DNA of 64,000 bases from Epithemia pelagica. Lineage: Eukaryota > Protista > Bacillariophyta. The stretch covers positions 5,022,001-5,086,000 of the forward strand of contig OX337229.1 of assembly GCA_946965045.2 (NCBI GenBank), in the 5' to 3' direction. The notes under the pieces are model-generated. The model worked only from the letters and a program-made list of their open reading frames with translations. It searched no databases and was not told the origin of the DNA. Both the position numbers and the translations under genes were made by a program. Positions 58,361 through 64,000 of this stretch are shown one piece after another (position 1 is the stretch's first letter; each line of letters begins with the position of its first letter).

Positions 58361-59074
58361 TCATTCTTCTCTTTTGCGTTTCTTGGTAGGATCATCTTTT
58401 GGTGGCTTGTCCAAGTCGACAAGTTCTTTCAAAACCTTTTCCCTCTGGATCGCCAATCCTTCTTCTACTCTGACCTGATACAGCATGTTGATACGAGTCG
58501 GATCTTTGTACGCTTGAATGAAATCTGCAGCTGGGGCTAGCTTGCTATGAATCTGTCGAATGCAATTTTGAACGTCCGACGACAATTTCTGGATTTCCGA
58601 GGGATCAATAGCATCTGCAGTCGTTTGACGCGCAAAACATTCAACAGTCTGTTGCGCATATCCTAACATATCCATTACAAGAACTTCAGCATCTTCAAGG
58701 TCTCTCCAGAGCCCGTCACGTTGCTGACATTTGGATGTCCACTCCTTGATCTTTTCGATCGATTCCGATTGCCGAGACAATGTGGCAGACTCTGAAGGCA
58801 CTACTGCCGAAGAAGCTCGAGAGGCCATGGCCGAAAATTTATCACCGCGCTTCGCAGTACTGGCCTTTTTCTGAAGAGCGGCGAACTTCCCTCCACCTCC
58901 TCCCACATTGGGTTTTGGACTAGGTTCGGAATCAGATGGTGCCACCACGGCGTTGGGCGTTCCTTCAGATGTTGACGACGGCCGAGCAGCTACAGCTGGC
59001 TCGGAAGACGATGATGGGCGTGCACCTTGTGCTGCTGCTAATGCGGCAAATTTGTCTCTTTTCGGAGCTGACAT
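58361..59074 (-). CDS. Hypothetical protein, C-terminal helical domain possibly Mediator subunit Med11-like
   Basis: LEDAEVLVMDMLGYAQQTV...IRQIHSKL...YQVRVEEGLAIQREKVL fits a Med11-type helical pattern from memory; unverified. Confidence 0.5.
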   Translation of the reverse strand: MSAPKRDKFAALAAAQGARPSSSSEPAVAARPSSTSEGTPNAVVAPSDSEPSPKPNVGGGGGKFAALQKKASTAKRGDKFSAMASRASSAVVPSESATLSRQSESIEKIKEWTSKCQQRDGLWRDLEDAEVLVMDMLGYAQQTVECFARQTTADAIDPSEIQKLSSDVQNCIRQIHSKLAPAADFIQAYKDPTRINMLYQVRVEEGLAIQREKVLKELVDLDKPPKDDPTKKRKREE

Positions 59075-59673
59075 CGTCCCAAAGGCAACCACTTCAATCG
59101 ACGTTGGAGACAATATTATCAACACAGAATAGACTGGACTTGTAGCTAGACGCTAGACTACCTAAGAGATCTCGCGAAAGGTAGCTTTATGGAATTCGGG
59201 ACTGGGAGGCGGCTCCCGTTTACTTCAGTCAGCGACATGTCCGTTGTCCGTTGTGCAGATCGCGCGTTTCGGTTGGAAGTCGCGAGTCGTGAACGGAAGG
59301 TAGACCCATCAATGGCGGTGCGTGCGCCGGCATATTTGCCATTAAAAATAAAAAGAACAAGTATAAAATGAAAAACGCGGGGCGACATCCTCTTTTCGCC
59401 TTCATCACCTACTATTCGTAGTCTTCAAGATTGTTTGGATCTTCTGCAAAGGCTGGCAGGCTGATGCAAGCCGACCAAGAACAGGACACAGTGCATACAC
59501 ACGAACGGAAAGGTACACAAATAGCTCATTACTCATTACACCATTTGGACTTCGAAAATAATTATGTTGCATAGGGTGTAAATTGCTTTCGATAAGATCG
59601 TTTCTAGCGTGTATCCCTCCCTGAACCACCGATCATTAACATTAACACTCTCTCCATCTTTTATCCTCCTACC

Positions 59674-62523
59674 ATGGCGAGGCTCGCGTCGTTCGAAGAA
59701 GCAACAACGAGAAACCACCCCGATATGCTGGCCACTCATGCTCCTACTGTTTATGAATCTCATGAAAAGAAGACGGGTAGATTGAATGATGCAGAATCCA
59801 ATAGACTGGAATTGATGACGATGGCGGATTTTGCTCAGAAAAACTCTTCGAGTGTCAGTGATACCAATCCAAGACGATTTTCTCGCAAAAGGTCTCGGAA
59901 CACCAAGAAAGAAGCTTTCTCAATTGCACCGGATCCACACCTTACGCTGAGTGAATGCACAGACCATCGTTCTGAGTACGACCCATCAAGCCCAGATAGA
60001 AGTTTTTGGGTCTGGAAATTCGGTCCCGACCACGCTGATGGCCCTGATACGTCTCACCTGCCATGGCTCATTGCGGCCTTGATGCTCACAAACGCTTTGG
60101 GGGTAATGGCTGGACTCGACGCAAAACATGCGTGCTTGACGCATGAAACAAATGCATTGCTTGCACTTCGACAAAGTGACGACGATGGAGGAGGAAATGA
60201 TGCAGAAGAATATATCGACTACGAAGACTTGGGTGCTTACGAAGATGCTTACGACGAAGCATTCTTGCAGGAGGCAAAAAATGGATGTATACGGCTCTTT
60301 CGAAGGGTGCTCTTGCCGGCCATGCTTGCAACTCAAATAACAGGTTTCGTAGGCTTGATTTTGTTAAGGTATCTTTCGCGAACCTCAGGCGAAACACCGG
60401 GCCCACCCGAAGCCCTCAAATTATGCATTGGTTTGCTTGTCACTGCAACTGTCATCTTGTGCTCCCAAGTCTACAATGTTACGTTTGTGATGCTCTCACC
60501 ACGTCATACACTCAACAGCAGCGAAAATCCTTTTCATACACTTGGTGCTGTTGATATGCTGGGGCATGTTTCGGATAATGCCAATCTCTACTATCTTACT
60601 TGGCTATCCGTGGGTATCGCTATGGCGTTGTTCTACCAGACAATAACTGCAACAATGAGAGCCCATCAAGCAGCTGAAGTTTTCAAACGGAACTCTTCCC
60701 TTTTGCCTACAACCTCGTGGTATATACTGAGCTCTGATGAGGATCATGAATCCAGACATGCATGGTACCAATCAGTCTACAAGCTGAGGATAAGAACCGG
60801 AGTTTGGATGGCAGCATTTCTGACGAGCCTTGTAATCACAGCGTCGGCGCAGTACATATGGAAAGAAGTGCTCTGGCCCCACTTTTCGGCCGAAACAGAC
60901 GATGCTGCTGCTGTCGACGAGAATGACTCTGGCGTCGAAAAGGATTCCATGGAAAGCCTTCGAGGGTTGCGCTTCTCAGTGTGCCAGACAATATTTGTCA
61001 ACTCAGAAGAAGCTATATCGGTTGCAATGTGTCGCCGAACCGCAATTGCCTGGCTTGCAGGTGTTTTAGCCATGATACTGTGCACTGTGGCTATTGGAAC
61101 TCACTGGATTGCTCGTCTAGTCCACACATCAGCGACACGAGCAGATTCGTCCACCGGCATTTTCCGAAATCTTCTCAAACGTCACCGCCTTCCACTTGGA
61201 ACGGAGTTGGTGCTTAGCATCATTGTGTCTCTCCTTCTTGGGTACAACGCAGTGTTTGCGACGGGTTTGCATGGCCCAGCTACGAACGTTGGGAATTTAT
61301 ACTATGCAAGTTGGCTTGCCTTCTTGTTGCTGATTCGAATTTGCCTTGGGTGTGTTGAAGAGTGGTGTCAAGTAGAGAGTGGGAAAGACAAGCTTCCTGT
61401 TCCTGGTGGGCCAGGCAAAGGACAAGTTCAACAGCCAGAGAACACTTATGAAGCGCCCGCACTAGGTCGCGACGATATCGCAATTGAAGACAAAAACGAC
61501 CCCGGCGATGTAACAATTTCGGTTACATCCAAACAGGGAAGCAGCGAGTCTACAGAAGCATCGTCCCAAAGTCGATTGATGGACGAGACTGAAAAAGATC
61601 GCGTGAACCGACTTCGCTCTCATTTCTGTTTGGCAATTTTCAGTACTGTATGTGCTGCATCGGCCCAAGATGCAGCTGAGAATGAAGAAGAACCCCTCAA
61701 CAAAGTCCAAAAATACATACTTCTTGCGCCAAAAATTGTCGCCGTCATCTCTCTTGTCATGTTCATTCTTTGCCTTTCCCGTCGATGTTATCTGGTGGCA
61801 AGCCATTTCTGTGTGGGAGGAATCCTTGCAGTGGTGTCATTTGGACTGTGGTTGGCCGATCTGGTTTTGACAATGCATTCAGAAGAATCATGGGCTGTCA
61901 ATCGGATTGGAGAGATCAAGATGGCCAATTTATACTACTTTTCCTGGGCAAGTATCCTTACTGCAGGGCTTCATCTCATGACATTCGTGAAAGCTTTGAT
62001 TCCAATGTCGAAGAACGATACGATGGCGATTGTATGGCTAGGTATATGCAAAGTATGCTTTGTCATATTTGGTGCCGCAATGCATATTTGGTTGAACATT
62101 TCAGACAAATGCGATATTGCGGAGCTTATGGGAGCTGTAACGTTCTGCTCTCGGACAGTATTGGCAATCATCGTGTCTCTGACAGGGATGCTTGTGGGTA
62201 GTTTTGTCATCATCATCCGGTTTTTTCAAACAGTGAACAAATCGTATCGATGCGATCGAATTCAAGCTCATATTGAGATAATTCTTTCAAGCTTTTTACT
62301 GTTGCTTTTCGCAGCCGCTGTTGCACTCATTACTGGTATTGGTGGGCCGGGTCAATCGGTTGGGGATCTCTATTACTCTACCTGGCTGTCGTTCGCTGTT
62401 GCTCTGGGGATATTTGTGCACTGCTATGATCAAATCACACAAGCGGATGACGATGAGTCAAGGCATTCGAACATTGTAGAGAGAGCGCTTTCGGGTGAAG
62501 ATCCTCAAAGCGTGTTGGTCTAA
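59674..62523 (+). CDS. Multi-pass membrane protein with four internal repeats (diatom-type family)
   Basis: 949-aa ORF with many TM helices and the repeated motifs ANLYYLTW, GNLYYASW, ANLYYFSW and GDLYYSTW. Confidence 0.8.
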   Translation: MARLASFEEATTRNHPDMLATHAPTVYESHEKKTGRLNDAESNRLELMTMADFAQKNSSSVSDTNPRRFSRKRSRNTKKEAFSIAPDPHLTLSECTDHRSEYDPSSPDRSFWVWKFGPDHADGPDTSHLPWLIAALMLTNALGVMAGLDAKHACLTHETNALLALRQSDDDGGGNDAEEYIDYEDLGAYEDAYDEAFLQEAKNGCIRLFRRVLLPAMLATQITGFVGLILLRYLSRTSGETPGPPEALKLCIGLLVTATVILCSQVYNVTFVMLSPRHTLNSSENPFHTLGAVDMLGHVSDNANLYYLTWLSVGIAMALFYQTITATMRAHQAAEVFKRNSSLLPTTSWYILSSDEDHESRHAWYQSVYKLRIRTGVWMAAFLTSLVITASAQYIWKEVLWPHFSAETDDAAAVDENDSGVEKDSMESLRGLRFSVCQTIFVNSEEAISVAMCRRTAIAWLAGVLAMILCTVAIGTHWIARLVHTSATRADSSTGIFRNLLKRHRLPLGTELVLSIIVSLLLGYNAVFATGLHGPATNVGNLYYASWLAFLLLIRICLGCVEEWCQVESGKDKLPVPGGPGKGQVQQPENTYEAPALGRDDIAIEDKNDPGDVTISVTSKQGSSESTEASSQSRLMDETEKDRVNRLRSHFCLAIFSTVCAASAQDAAENEEEPLNKVQKYILLAPKIVAVISLVMFILCLSRRCYLVASHFCVGGILAVVSFGLWLADLVLTMHSEESWAVNRIGEIKMANLYYFSWASILTAGLHLMTFVKALIPMSKNDTMAIVWLGICKVCFVIFGAAMHIWLNISDKCDIAELMGAVTFCSRTVLAIIVSLTGMLVGSFVIIIRFFQTVNKSYRCDRIQAHIEIILSSFLLLLFAAAVALITGIGGPGQSVGDLYYSTWLSFAVALGIFVHCYDQITQADDDESRHSNIVERALSGEDPQSVLV

Positions 62524-62836
62524 CCTATAGAAAATCATGATAGGAGTATACAATTGCCGTACCTTCGAAGCTTTTGGTTTCGGCTAGCAAATCTACATCT
62601 TACGTTTTTGTGAGAAAGAGGTGCGAGTTGGGGCCGTGCACTGTGCACGTGCACTGTTGCCGATCCTGCGATCACACAATTATGGATACACCGCTGACTT
62701 CAGTCAGTGTGCCGGGGCGCTCGGTCGACCATCCCACAATTTTTCAGGCTCCAATCAGCCATCGAGATTGAGATTGAGCGTTGGCGAAGAAGACGACGGA
62801 CGTTGAAAGTTGAAATCCATATCCAGAAACTCGACG

Positions 62837-64000
62837 ATGTCTTCCATGTACTATAAAGCCAGGGAAGATGGCCCAGTTGTAGTCCATGGGCAAGATGTTC
62901 GCACCGATGGAGCCTTCAGCCAAGCATTATCCCCGGCGCAGACGCACAACATGCAGTCACCTCCATTGTCTGCGTCTCAATATCAGGCAGAAGAGCCTCC
63001 CCCGAGAGGCTGTCGAGATGCGATATTTGGGATTGCATTCTACGCTCATTTGGGTGTGATTGCATGGGCGGCCGCAACGTACACTCCAACCATGGCTCGA
63101 GACGTAGGGGAGGGCGTTGTGAACCACATGGATCAATGGGGTGGTCGACGTCGATTGAATGAAGAAGCCGACAACGACGGATTTAACATCAATTTTGACG
63201 CGGTTCATCTGACGATGATCACTGTGATCTCAGCCTTCCTGGCTTTTGTTTTGTCATCGTTTGCTCTCGGTTTGATGATTTCTTGCGCCCAACCACTCAT
63301 TAAGATGGCTCTTATATTCAATATCGTGCTTTCTGGAGTACTCATGGCCGTCTTCTTCGCCTCGGGTGCGATGCCGTTGGGAGTTTTCTTCTTGATCCTT
63401 TTTCTCATTGCATCATATTATGCATACAAAGTCTGGGCACGGGTGCCATATGCTGCTGCAAACCTGGTAACGGCAGTCACAGCAGTCCGTGCGAATATGG
63501 GGCTTGCCGTATATGCTTATTGGTCTGTGATCGTTCTTTTTCTTTGGAGTATTGTGTGGGCCTTATCCAGTTCTTCCACCATTTTCGTTACTGCTGGCTG
63601 CAACGCGGAGGGGGAATGTGAGAACTCAGTCAGTGGCATTCTAATATTCTTGTTCTTTCTATCGTATTATTGGACCACACAAGTAATTGCGAACGTCGTT
63701 CACGTTACAACGGCAGGAACTGTGGGAACATGGTGGTTCCATCCCACAGAGGCAAGGGGCTGTTGCTCGAAAGGTTAGTAGGTCCTTCTGCTAACTGCTT
63801 TTTACAGCAATGAGGTCTCAACTTGGCTCTGTATTGTTCGCGTTTCGTAGCGGTACGGGAATCCTACGGTCGAAGTTTGACCACGTCTTTTGGCTCAATC
63901 TGTCTCGGAAGTTTGCTTGTCGCAATCGTACAATCAATTAAGGAAATGGTCTATCAACTGAGAGACGCCGATGATTCAATTCTTTCATGTATCGCGGTTT
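62837..64000 (+). CDS. Choline transporter-like (CTL/SLC44/Pns1) protein, partial; intron 63774-63850
   Basis: YWTTQVIANVVHVTTAGTVGTWWF and, after splicing, RSLTTSFGSICLGSLLVAIVQ; continues past the window edge. Confidence 0.92.

Noticed and set aside
1-64000. CRISPR arrays, rRNA/tRNA genes, prokaryotic defence operons
   Set aside because: None seen. The sequence is intron-containing eukaryotic DNA, and the repeats are explained by LTRs, MITEs and minisatellites.

Overview
Gene-dense eukaryotic chromosome segment, almost certainly from a pennate diatom. The evidence is short GT-AG introns, bipartite plastid-targeting peptides, CoDi-type Ty1/copia elements and diatom-type gene families. About 17 host genes are supported: cathepsin X/Z, RPC4, a RecQ/BLM helicase with zf-GRF, a formin, a PsbP-domain protein, a triple CRAL-TRIO-like/bZIP gene, an NDUFA2/B8-like protein, a long RelA/SpoT homologue, a CTL choline transporter and several hypotheticals. 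The centre (30823-49166) is one PIF/Harbinger transposon (18-bp TIRs, ATT TSD) that has received three nested insertions: a TA-flanked MITE and two recent CoDi LTR retrotransposons, both inside the transposase ORF. Both LTR elements have a PBS that matches the anticodon arm of tRNA-Asn rather than a tRNA 3' end, suggesting half-tRNA priming. One carries an extra ORF upstream of gag. The other is a catalytically gutted derivative that still keeps a 1183-codon open frame. A 5'-truncated CRE-like non-LTR retrotransposon lies at the left edge, and two further MITEs are present. All calls come from manual reading; no database searches were run.
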